A stretch of 64,000 bases of DNA. It comes from Glaucostegus cemiculus (lineage: Eukaryota). The notes beneath the pieces were generated by a model. The model made no database searches. It saw only the letters and a program-made list of their open reading frames with translations, and had not been told where the DNA came from. This document shows positions 39,925-50,040 of the stretch, piece after piece (the first letter of the stretch is position 1; every line of letters begins with the position of its first letter). The position numbers and the translations under genes were made by a program. Location: NCBI GenBank assembly GCA_976551045.1, contig CDPCPM010000281.1, forward strand, positions 13,640,001 through 13,704,000, in the 5' to 3' direction.

Positions 39925-40092
39925 TTAGAGTCACAGGGTCATAGAGCCTGAGAGTAACACAGCATGGAAATAGGCCCTTCGGCCCAGGTCATCCTTGGTT
40001 GACCACAGTGCCCACCAAACTAGTCCCATTTTCCCATGTTTAGCCCATATCCCTCTAAACCTCTCCTATCCATGTACTTATCCAAATGTTCT
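39925..40092 (-). mobile_element. CR1 3' tail
   Basis: cacagcatggaaataggcccttcggccc. Confidence 0.8.
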
Positions 40093-40099
40093 TTGCACG

Positions 40100-40302
40100 T
40101 CATTATTACAGGGTACTGGTGAGGCCACTCCTGGAGTACTGTGCACAGCTTTGGTCCTCGTACTTAAGAAACAATATAGTAGCACTGGAAACAGTCCAAA
40201 GTAGATTCACCTGGTTAACTCAAGGGAGTTTAAACAGATTGGGTCTGTTTTCTCTGGAGCTTAGAAGGAAGAGGGGTGATCTGAGTGAAACACATAAGGT
40301 CT
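40100..40302 (+). mobile_element. CR1 fragment paralleling 39144-39349
   Basis: LVRPLLEYCAQLW motif. Confidence 0.8.
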
Positions 40303-40664
40303 CATTAATTAAATGCTAAACTCAATAGTTAAATGCATAGTTAAACACATTAATTAAATGCTTTCCCTTGTGAGGAGCTGCACTCAGAGCTGTGGAGCCT
40401 TGGATAAATGGCTCTGCACTGTTGCTGCTATTAAATCCAATCATTTTGGTTCCTTATTTACATTACAGAATCAGTTAATTTTACTTTCTTGTAATTTTCA
40501 GTCCCTTCGATGTTTTTATCAAAGTGTGATAATCCTAAATTGATATTTTCTGCCAATTTTACTGTTTGCCAGTGACCTTTCTTCCATTATAAGAACTAAA
40601 GTGAGGATGTTCATTGATGATTGTATAGCATTCAATTCTGTTCATAATTCCTTATTATCCAGGA

Positions 40665-41230
40665 TAGATCACACTGATGCCTTCGCGAAGAAGGCACACC
40701 AGTGCCTCTACTTTGTTAGGAGTTTGAGGAGATTTGGTATGTCACCAAAGACTTTTGCAAATTTCTATAGATGTATGGCGGAGAGCATTCTGACTGGCTG
40801 CATCACCACCTGGTACGGAGGCTCCAATGCACAGGATCACAAAAGGCTGCAGGGGGTTGTAGACTCAGCCAGCTCCATCACAGGCTCAACCTTTCCCACC
40901 ATCGAGGACATCTTCAAGAGGCGATGTCTAAAGAAGGTGGCATCTATCACTAAGGGCCCTCACCATTCGGTACATGCACTCGTCATGTTACTACCACTGA
41001 GGAGGAGGTACAGGAGCCTGAAGACCCACACTCAATGATTTAGGAACAGCTCCTTCCCGTCATCCATCAGATATCTGAACAGTCCGTGAACACTACTTCA
41101 TTATTTCTTTTTTTGCCCTATTTATTTATTTTGTAACTTATAGTAATGTTATGTCTTGCACTGTACTGCTGCCGCAAAGCAACAAATTTCATGACATATA
41201 AGTCAGTGATAATAAACCTGATTCTGATTC
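40665..41230 (+). mobile_element. Rex1/Babar 3' fragment
   Basis: KKAHQCLYFVRSLRRFGMSPKT..FYRC..ESILTGCITTWYG; (ctgatt)n tail. Confidence 0.92.
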
Positions 41231-43149
41231 TTTACCAAACAAAGCATCACATGCCTGCATGCAGCAAGGTCTCGACAATGTGCTACAATTACAAGCTACA
41301 CAACTGCTAAGCAATGAGCATTTCCAATATGTGATAGTCTGACCTTTTGGCTCTGATGTTGAACGTTACAGTGTTGAGTCATCCACCATGAACATCCTGT
41401 GGGTCACCATTTACCAGAAACTCTAATGGATCAACCACATAAATACTGTGGCTCCAAGAGGCCAGGTATCCTGTACTGAGCAATTCACTTCCTGACACTT
41501 CCATCATCTACAAGGCATGTTCAGGAGAGTTGTGGGATCCTCTCCACTTGTCTGGATGAGTGCAGCTCCATAATGTCAATATCTCAACACCATCTCGGAT
41601 AAAGGCTGCTTGTTTGGTGTTCTGGCCCACCACACTTAAGATTCATCCTCTCTACCACCCAGTGTGCAGCATCTACATCATGCACTGCAATGGGCTACTC
41701 CGACAGCACCTTCTTAACCTCTACAACCAAGCAGGGCAAGGGTTTACAGGTGCAAGGGCAAACCACTGCCTGCCCTCTAGGTTACACACCATCCTGATTT
41801 GCAAATATGTTGATGTTCCTTTATTGTTGCTGGGTTTAAATGCTGGAACTCCCTCTCCAACAGCACTGAGGGAGGGTCTTCATCTGAGGGACTGAGCTGT
41901 TCAAGAACAAGGCTGACTACCACCTTCTTCAGGGCAGTTAGGGAGAACCACTGACATCTAACCCTTCCTGTGGCCTTGTGCTGCCGGCCAGGTGAGTATG
42001 TGTGTTCCGTGGTTTCCTTGCTCCATAACTTGAAGTGTAAATTTGAAGAAAGGTTGGCTGGAGAACTACGAACATCTGGTAGGCAGCTGCACCAATAGAC
42101 AACCACATTTCATTTTAATGAATTTGTAGATTTGCATAAAATGTCAGGACACTTGCTGCTACTTTGTGTTCAATCTATCCATTGGTCCCAGCTGTACTTA
42201 ATTCAGTCTCCCCTTACAATGCAGCATGTTGTTGAATCTCAACATTAACAAGAGCATGTTTTAAAATGTATCAGTGGTGGTTAAGAACATTGTCCAAGAG
42301 ACAACTGATTTGGAGGCAATGTCCATCAATGGTAACTAGTACAAATTAGCAAAACAATAGTATACCCAATGCATTGTGATGTAGAAACAGCCGGCTTTGA
42401 AAATTGGTACTTGATCTTATTATAGTTATAAATTAATTTTAAAACTAACCAGTTCTGAGATGTTTGCAAATTGTTAGGGTATTACTTAGGTATTCTGGGA
42501 CTTAACAGCCTAGATGTTAGTATTAATATTCTGCATTGCCAGTGTCTGAAAATGTACAGATAACAGAGACACTTTATAACGCAAACCGTCTACTTGTTAA
42601 TGCCGGAAAATAGCCCCCTGACATACTGCAGCATGTACAACCTTCAGATCCTAAGGGGGAAGCCTGCTCCTGAGAATTGCTGCAAAATATTTGAGATGAG
42701 AAACAGTATTTCAGAAAGCTGTGCCAGAATAATCCCCCCTAAACACTACATAGTGTTCCACTGACATGGTTTTATATACATTATGTGTTATGACTGGCAT
42801 CAGTGGTAACAGGCAAACAAATCTCCCAGATGTGGAGTCTGACTTCATTTTATGCAGGAAGATGGAACTGTTAACTATAGATTTCTGTTCCTCCAACTTC
42901 TCCCAGAGTGGCTGACCTGTACTATAGGAGATATGTATGGGTCCCTCATCCAGCAGCTTATTGTGTACATCTAAGTCTTAGATAATGAAAACAAAACTGG
43001 GGACTATTTGTAGAGCGCATCATTTCAGAATCTGATCATCTCCAGATACAGGATATTGGACATCATCCAGGAGAGGACATTGAGGTAAATTAACCTCTGT
43101 AGGCAAGAGAGGCCAGCAAAGGTAACCCTTTCCATCCAGAGGCAAGGAT

Positions 43150-43390
43150 AATATTCTGGAATTAAAACCAAACCACTCATCTCAGTAATGATGACCATAA
43201 ACTTACCAGATTGGTGTTAAGACTCATTTGATTCATCTGGTCCTTTAAGGGAGGAAGTCTGCTGACCTACCACTGTCTGACTCCAGAGCCATTGGTTGAC
43301 TCTGGAATGAAAGGCCAAGCAACCCACAGAAGCAATTCGTTATGGGTATTAGATGCTGTCCTGCCAGCCTGCCAACATCCTGAAAAATAA
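43150..43390 (+). mobile_element. Degenerate SINE sharing the old-LINE 3' tail
   Basis: gatgaccat...gtcctttaagggaggaa..ctgc...gactccaga...ggttgactct...aacatcc. Confidence 0.5.
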
Positions 43391-44659
43391 ATAATTAAAA
43401 ACTAAAAGGTTTTCTACTGGTTAAGAAAGTCTGCTGCTTTTCTCTCCCCATTCACTGGTCTTCCCATCATTGACTAACTGCAGTGAGCAGAAGAAACGTT
43501 ACAATTTCATACAGCGCTTTCCACATTATTGTAAGGGGGAATAATATGACCAATTTATTGTAAACAATCTCTCAGAAACAATAATGTGATAAATTACCAG
43601 AGAGGTATTTTTGGTGTTGCTGAATGGGGAATAAATATTGGCCAGTCCATCAGCAGTAACTTCTGCTCTTCTTCCATGTAACACCATGCAAGGGAGCAGA
43701 CAAAACCTCATCCTAAGTTCGCTGAAGACCAGTCCTCCCTCAGCACTCTCTGAAGTTGCAGCCTGCTCCAGAAGTGTGACTTGAACTTATAACCTTCTAC
43801 GCAGAGGCATGAGTGCTACTAGCAGAGTCTCTGCTGCCAGGACTGTGAGTAATGTCTCTCCCTGGGTCCCTCTACTCATCATTTGCCCGCAGTCACAGGG
43901 TTGAGGTTAGAATTTAAGAGCTTTGTAAGAACTGTTTGTGTCCTTGAGTGGGTGTTGTCAAGGACTTGCCAGCAACCACTGAATATCACTTTGTGTTACT
44001 GCTCAGTCATTGCAGTCGGAATTAATCTGTCAATTAATGTGCATTTAATTAATTCAGAAATCATCTGCTTGGGGTGATATATGAAGTGGGTTTTGAGGCT
44101 GTGGTCTACATTTCAGGTGGTACTTACATTCTCACAGCCCAGCAGTTTTCTTTCAGACGTTCAGCTTGCCAAAATGAGTTCAACAAACAAAGCCACACTC
44201 CTGTCCCTGAAATCACGTGTCGACTGGGAGACGCAGGTCCAAACCTCGATGGCTGCTGCCTTTGTGGCAGGGTTCACTCTTAATTAGCTCTCAACCATCT
44301 TGGCCGGAACAACTTAAACTTGTCATGGAGCCTTGGTGCAGACAATTTCAGGGGAACAGACAGCCCCCGTGTGAAATTAAACTGGCTCCATTAGAAAAAC
44401 AAAATTGCAGCCAGCTTCTTCATCAAAGGAGATGCTTTCTCTATAAACAGCATAGCTTTTGGTTTTACTAAAATATAGTTAAACAAATACCAAAGGTTGT
44501 GGAATCAAAAATATTAATCCCATTAGGTGTTTGCTGTGTCTTGGCTCATAGTAATCCTGCCTCTGGCTTAGTGTGTTAGAAGTTTACAGGCACCTCAGAT
44601 ATTTGAGGATAAAACCTTAGGCGGATGGTCCATCACACTAATGACGGAGAGTGGAGACA

Positions 44660-44785
44660 CCAGGCTACAGATGCTGGAATCTGGTACAACAAACAATCTG
44701 CCTAAAGAATTCATCAGGTCAAGCAGCATCTGTGGGAGGAGAGGAACTGTCGACGTTTCGAGTTGAAACCCTGCCTCAGGACGAG
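44660..44785. mobile_element. Penelope terminal fragment
   Basis: cagatgctggaatctg...gcagcatctgtggg...gacgtttcg. Confidence 0.6.
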
Positions 44786-44984
44786 TGGCACTGATGGAGG
44801 TGTTGCTTTTTGGCTGAGGTCAAATCCTCTGCTTCCCCACGTGCCTTGGTACTATTTCAAAAAAAGAGCAAGGGTGTTGACCTTATCACTCACCATGGCT
44901 TAAAATGGACTTTGTTATTTACAGAAGCTGTGTCCAGTTTAGATCCTGTGTTTTCTGAGATGGTAACTGTACAATATATTCAAC

Positions 44985-45190
44985 TTGCCGTATCAGACCA
45001 TGATGCAGCCAGTCAGGATACTTTCAATAGTACATCTGCAGAAGTTTGTTATGGTGTTGGATGACATGCTGAACCTCCTTAACCTGCTAAGGAAGTAAGG
45101 ATGCTGGTGCACCTTCCTTCTGATTGCATCTACATGCTGGGCCCAGGACTGGTCATTCAATATGTTCTATGCCCAGGAATTTCAAGCTGA
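44985..45190 (-). mobile_element. Rex1/Babar fragment
   Basis: Reverse complement of the KK..Q.LYFL.RLRRF.MS...C..ES.LTGCI region. Confidence 0.8.
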
Positions 45191-45786
45191 GTGTTGGAGG
45201 GTTGCCTGTTCTCCTGGAAATACACTCCACCTTGAGATGGTCACTGAAGCGCTGTACCCCAGCGTGGGTTAACTGCTGGAGAACTACACCCTCCTGGAAG
45301 CATTCTCCGGGTTGGGTTAAGCACTGGAGGACTGCCAGTACTCATAAGTCATAGCCTGAGTCAGCGGCCTCGAGGCAGACAGCAGAAAACTGGAACTGAG
45401 AACGAAGGCTGGCTTTACAAGCTTGTAGATCAGGCATCGTCTTGCTCCTCATGCACGTGCTTTCAGATTGTGTTTGTTGCTGCTTGGAGCAATTTACACC
45501 TGGAGGCATCTCTCTGAAGTTAATGGTGGTTATTTCCACTCATCAGGGAAGTCACATCGGGCACTAGGTTGCCACTTTGGTCAGAAGCAGCCTGGATCTG
45601 ACACAAGGGCCTGGACTCAGCCCCTGTTCTACATCTGTCCTTCCACACCTACCATGGACTGAACGATCCGATCCTACGCTCCCAGGAGGATCCCATGAGG
45701 CAGACTGGGCTCCAAGAGACAAGTAGTTCTCGTGCTTGTGTCCTGGAAAACCCTGATAGCCTGCTGCTGTCAGGGGCAGTTAAAAT
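45190..45786 (-). pseudogene. Large exon remnant, Cys-repeat region, truncated by a Rex1/Babar fragment
   Basis: Long T-tract acceptor (tttttttgtgtctttgagcag); ENYLSLGAQSA..DPPGS, GLSPGPC/DPGCF*P, PPGVNCSK, ACKAS and NPT..GG..GT..QGGVYFQE motifs with frameshifts. Confidence 0.55.
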
Positions 45787-45999
45787 CTGCTCAAAGACAC
45801 AAAAAAAAATAAAAACATCATAAATGCTAAAAAATTTAATGTAGTATTAAAAGTCTCCAAACAGTCACCTGCACTTCCTTTTATGACAGGATTAGCCTTT
45901 CTCTAATCCTCTACTCCTGTACTCAATACTCAATCCATTGGTGGGGATACACCTACCTCGGAAAAGCAGCTAACAAAATTGAAGACACCCCCCCAGCTG

Positions 46000-46310
46000 G
46001 GATATTCTCTCCTCCCCTCTCCAATCAGGCAGAAGATAAAAAAGCCTGAAAGCAGGTACCACCAGGTTCAAGGACAGCTTCTGTCCCACTGTTATAAGAC
46101 TATTGAATGGACCCCTGGTATGATAAGATGGACTCTTGACTTCACAATCTACCTTGCACCTTATTGTCTGCCTGTACTGTAACACCATACTCTGCATTCT
46201 GTTATTGCTTTTCCCTTGTACCACCTGGATGCACTGATGTGGTGAAATGATCTGTAAGCACGGCATGCAAAACAAAGTTTTTCACTGTGCCTCGGTACAT
46301 GTGACAATAT
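46000..46310 (+). mobile_element. Rex1/Babar 3' end
   Basis: caccaggttcaaggacagcttct...cactgtgcctcggtacatgtgacaata. Confidence 0.85.
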
Positions 46311-46680
46311 TACATCTGGGTCAGTTGGATAGAGCATGGGTGGAAGTCTGAAACAAACTGAGCCACATTACGTGGCTTTATGTGGATGAGGATCTCAGCC
46401 CCAGCAATGATCCTGACCCCAAATTAAAGAGAATGCATTTGAATGAAAGCTTCTGGCCTGGAGGTTGTTCAGTATTGTTTTCTAGAGAGGCAGCCCAGCA
46501 CAGTTTGTGAATGTCACATAAACAGCAAGAAGTTTAACTGCAAGGTTCACAGTGTAACAGCACGTTGACATTGATGTGGTTGGTTTGAGTGCAGAATCCC
46601 CTATCAATGAGTTCCAAGATCCCCCTCTCCTCTAAGGCCAACGGTAGTGATATTTACAGGCATTCTTCAAACAGACATAC

Positions 46681-46915
46681 CACAATGCAAGCAACACCCT
46701 TGCAGTTATTGGGAAGTGTTGCTACTGGGTGGATGCTGCAGTGATAGGAGGGGGTGGGAGTGTGATCCCAGGGAGTCAGAGAGGACAAGCAGGAGGTACG
46801 TTCTTTCTGGGAGGGAGCTATAGAGACCCTGCAGGACACTTGCTCCTGGCAGGTGGTCCCTGCAAGGACACGAGTTCAGCCTCTGAATGTCTACAATGCA
46901 GGAATTAGCTCACCC
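46681..46915 (-). pseudogene. Exon remnant containing KCPAGSL*LPP...ACPL*
   Basis: gtttgtgttctgcag acceptor; clearest CPAG repeat in the window, with in-frame stops; gtatgt donor. Confidence 0.55.
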
Positions 46916-46939
46916 CTGCAGAACACAAACACACCAGTA

Positions 46940-47565
46940 AATAGGAGCAGGAGTAGGCCACTCGATCCATCAAGCCTGCCCTGCCATTCAATATGATCAT
47001 GGCCGATTTACCCCAGGCTTCAACTCTTCTCTCTTAGGTACTCATAACCCTCAATTCCCTAGTCTTTCAAGAAGATTTTCTACCTCCTCTCTAAATATCT
47101 CCAGTGACTCAGCTTCCACAACTCTCCAGGATAGGAAATTTCAGAGAAGTGAACAGTCTGCTGGAGGAACTCAGCAGGTTGAGCAGCATCTGTGAGGGGG
47201 AAGGAATTGTCGACGTTTCAGATCAAAATCCTGCATCAGAACTGATTGTTTGTTGCTCCACATTCCAGCACCTACAGCCTCTTGCAGCTCTGGAAAATTT
47301 CAGAGGGTCGCCAACTCTGCAAGAAGAAATTCCTACACACCTCAGCTTTAAATGACTAGCCCCTTATACCTCCTCCTCCAGGTCTCTCCCACTGGTGGAA
47401 CCATCTCAGTGTTTCTCTTGTCATGGCCCCCTGAGGATCTTATTGCCAAATCCTCACTGTTCTGAGCTCCAAGGAACACAGACAAAACTCCTTTTGCCGT
47501 TCATGTTAAGATAACACCCTAATCCTAGGAATTAGTCCAGTGAGCGGCACCTGGACCACCTTCAA
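46940..47565 (-). mobile_element. CR1 3' fragment with a Penelope-end insertion (~47150-47290)
   Basis: ataggagcaggagtaggcca tail, interrupted by ctgctggaggaactcagc...; aaatttcagag flanks both sides of the insertion. Confidence 0.75.
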
Positions 47566-47620
47566 TGGGGCAAGAAAATGTAGGTGAAGTCCACTCTCCT
47601 GAAGTATGGGGTTGGGTGAC

Positions 47621-47769
47621 CTCCCCCAATGCGGCAGTGATCAGGAAGCTGTGAGCTCTGTTGAAGGCCAGCAGGAGTCGAGCAATGAAGCTGAGAGTAA
47701 ACACGATCCTGGCCAGGGGGAAAGCAGGTCCAGGCCACACGTGTGGGTTGTAGGAGGTCAGGAATGTCA
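47621..47769 (-). pseudogene. Exon remnant DIPDLLQPTRVAWTCFPPGQ...HCSTPAGL
   Basis: Strong acceptor ctttctttgtgttcag; TCFPPG and HCS.PAGL motifs; possible donor g|gtcacc. Confidence 0.5.
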
Positions 47770-47840
47770 CTGAACACAAAGAAAGCAGTCTGAGTGTTGC
47801 CCTCCGGTGTCAAGGGAGATGGGGGAGTCATTGAATCTGA

Positions 47841-48185
47841 GTGGCATGGTGGCACAGCCAATAGATCCACTGCCCCACAGCACCAGTGACCCAGGTTCAA
47901 CCCTGACCTCAGGTGCTGTCAGTGTGGAGTTGGTACGTTCTCCCTGTGACCGTGTGGGATCCCACCCCCTCACATCCCAAAGACATACAGGTTGGTAGGT
48001 TAATTGGCCATTGTAAATTGCTCCTAGTGTGTAGGTTAATGGTAGAATCTGGGGGGGGGGGGGGTAGTTAATGAGAACGTGGGGAGAATTAAAAAAATGG
48101 ATTCCAGGGTAGGATTAGTGTAAGTGGGTGTTTGATGATCAGCAGGGACTTGGTGGGACCTGTTTCTGTGCTGTATTTGATGATT
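47841..48185 (+). mobile_element. V-SINE (HE1-like) with internal poly-G
   Basis: B box ggttcaaccc, gtggagttggtacgttctccctgtgacc V domain and CR1-type tail. Confidence 0.85.
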
Positions 48186-48251
48186 CCATGGTTGTTCTCT
48201 GAGTAAGATAAAAAGTGTTATTTTTCAGACCAGCAAGGTCAAAAATCTCAC

Positions 48252-48774
48252 TGAAGGTGAACGTTGTGTGTTACACTCTTGTTGCTGTCAGTTGGGATAG
48301 TCTTCTGCTGGGAGAGGGGGTGAGGGTGAAGGAAAATCCTGTTGAAAACAAAGGAGATAAATCCTGCAGTGACACTCAGAGCTGCACCCAAGATCATCGC
48401 ACTCCACGTGTGGCAGGGTCTCAGGTTTACCCCGTTCCCTGTACATACCCCACAATGAGAAGGCAGACAAGGAAAGGTCCTCTCATCCTGTAAAACCTGT
48501 TTAGTATCACACTTCTTGGCCACTGAATTTTCTGGCCTCACAGAAAACATGCATCGGCTCACTGCTGTTCAGTGGATCGAAACAGGTTCCATTCATTTTC
48601 CAGACGAGTATTTCCTTAGACTTGCTAAACTGTGCCTGAAAGATGAACGCAATGCAGAAAAAAGATGCAGACGACTGCTTTAACCTATGCTGCTGTTTTG
48701 CTCCCGTTGTGCCTCAACCTGGCTACACTGGAGAAGACATAACGATGCAATTCCCGTGCATGAGTTTGAGAGGC
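48252..48774 (-). pseudogene. Cluster of four small exon remnants (48719-48774, 48563-48635, 48449-48487, ~48252-48346)
   Basis: Each is flanked by AG/GT sites with short introns; peptides (G)LSNSCTG..LQCSQ, (G)TV*QV*GNTRLENE and DERTFPCLPSHCG. Confidence 0.5.
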
Positions 48775-49124
48775 CTTTACTTATAGATTTATCACGGTGA
48801 TACTGATCAAAGGCCAACAGTCCTCAATGAACCTTGGCCATTCTGGTTACACAGGGGTCACTTAGGCTAGAACCTGGATTGCATAGTGCTGACTTTTTAA
48901 ATGCTATATGATGTTTTTTGCAGCAAATGTGGTTAATCTCCCAGAGCCATGCACTTTGGGAAACGCAGGCATGCATTTCTGGTCAGGATGCATGTCTGAC
49001 ATTTAACATGCAGGGCATGCAGGGAGCCTGCTGCCCCTTGTGCTTTGCCAGAAAATCGCAGTCATATTTTCTCATCTCGGGTAAACGGTTGGTCACTCAG
49101 CGCTCCATTTAAAGGGCCACTCAC

Positions 49125-49705
49125 ACAAGTGGCAATACTTCTGTGCTCTGGTGCAGACCACTCAGGAGCTGCCTCTTTATTCAGGAGGCTGCTTTTGTTG
49201 TCCCTGTGGGTGAGGTCCATGACCATTTCCCCACAGATAGTCCAGTCAGATGTTCTGCACACTTCATGGCAAGCATTGGAGGCCAGGCTGCCAACCTCAG
49301 GGACTCTGGCAGTCTCAGAGGAAGGAGAAAGGCTCTTGTTTTCAGACCCTATTCCCCATGGATGTTCAGGGAACCACACTCCTTCCAGACACAATCCAGG
49401 CCCCTGGGTCGAATCCAGGCTGCTTCTAACCCAGCATCTGACTGAAGTGGGAATCTAGTGTCCAGTGCAACCAGCTCTCAATATCCAGACGCTGTCTGTC
49501 TGACACACGTTCAGATTGTTCTTCCTGTGGAGACTGCGGTTGCTATATTCCCAAATTTCCCAGCCTCTGGGTCATTCCAGGTGGCGGCAGCTGATCTATT
49601 GAATGGCCACTGTCTCATGCTGAGTAGAAACACTCTGCACTTTAACTGCAGTAGGTACCTCTCACAATCAACCCCAAAAGCTTTAATCCTTGTCCACATT
49701 GGCAC
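49125..49705 (-). pseudogene. Large exon remnant, Cys-repeat region
   Basis: ttgttacag acceptor; GVDCER/RGTYCS, HFSQMLG*KQPGFDPGAWIVSG and GLCLEG fragments across frames; gtgagt donor at 49124. Confidence 0.5.
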
Positions 49706-49930
49706 CTGTAACAAGCTTGCATAAAGTGGGCCATGAGTTCTTCAGGAGACGGAGCCCTCCTCTGCTGCCTACACCATGTGTACAAAGAGGTGTGGGTTTT
49801 CATGAAACCTTATTTTCCAAAAGGATTTTCTGAACAGCCTGTCAGTCTCAAGAGGAACTCGTTGCTCATCGGGATTTCCCAGTGCACAAAGAGGGAGCAT
49901 TCATTTCAGGTAAATAGATTCATTAAGGAT

Positions 49931-50020
49931 TCTTGCAGAGAATCTACATGGATCTACATATAGATTCTCTGTCAATCCTGGCAATCTACATCTACATGTA
50001 GATTGCCGGGATCTACATGG
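49931..50020. repeat. Two adjacent hairpins built from ATCTACAT units
   Basis: 49936-49946 pairs with 49961-49971 (11 bp, perfect); 49975-49991 pairs with 49996-50012 (17 bp, one mismatch); atctacat occurs five times. Confidence 0.85.
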
Positions 50021-50040
50021 ACACATCTGAGAAATCAGTT

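Larger units (their letters stand above)
37640..41945 (+). mobile_element. Old LINE split into four collinear pieces (37640-37815, 39665-39780, 40570-40655, 41235-41945)
   Basis: Pieces follow RT order (IKAA..RVW; QGSVLGP; MFIDDC; 3' tail). Confidence 0.7.

Noticed and set aside
48252-48486. Apparent start exon encoding a signal peptide (MRGPFLVCLLIVG|IFLHPHPLSQ) on the minus strand
   Set aside because: The alternative frame (DERTFPCLPSHCG) fits the surrounding Cys repeats, and similar exon relics continue upstream to 63 kb, so this is unlikely to be a gene start. Not fully excluded.
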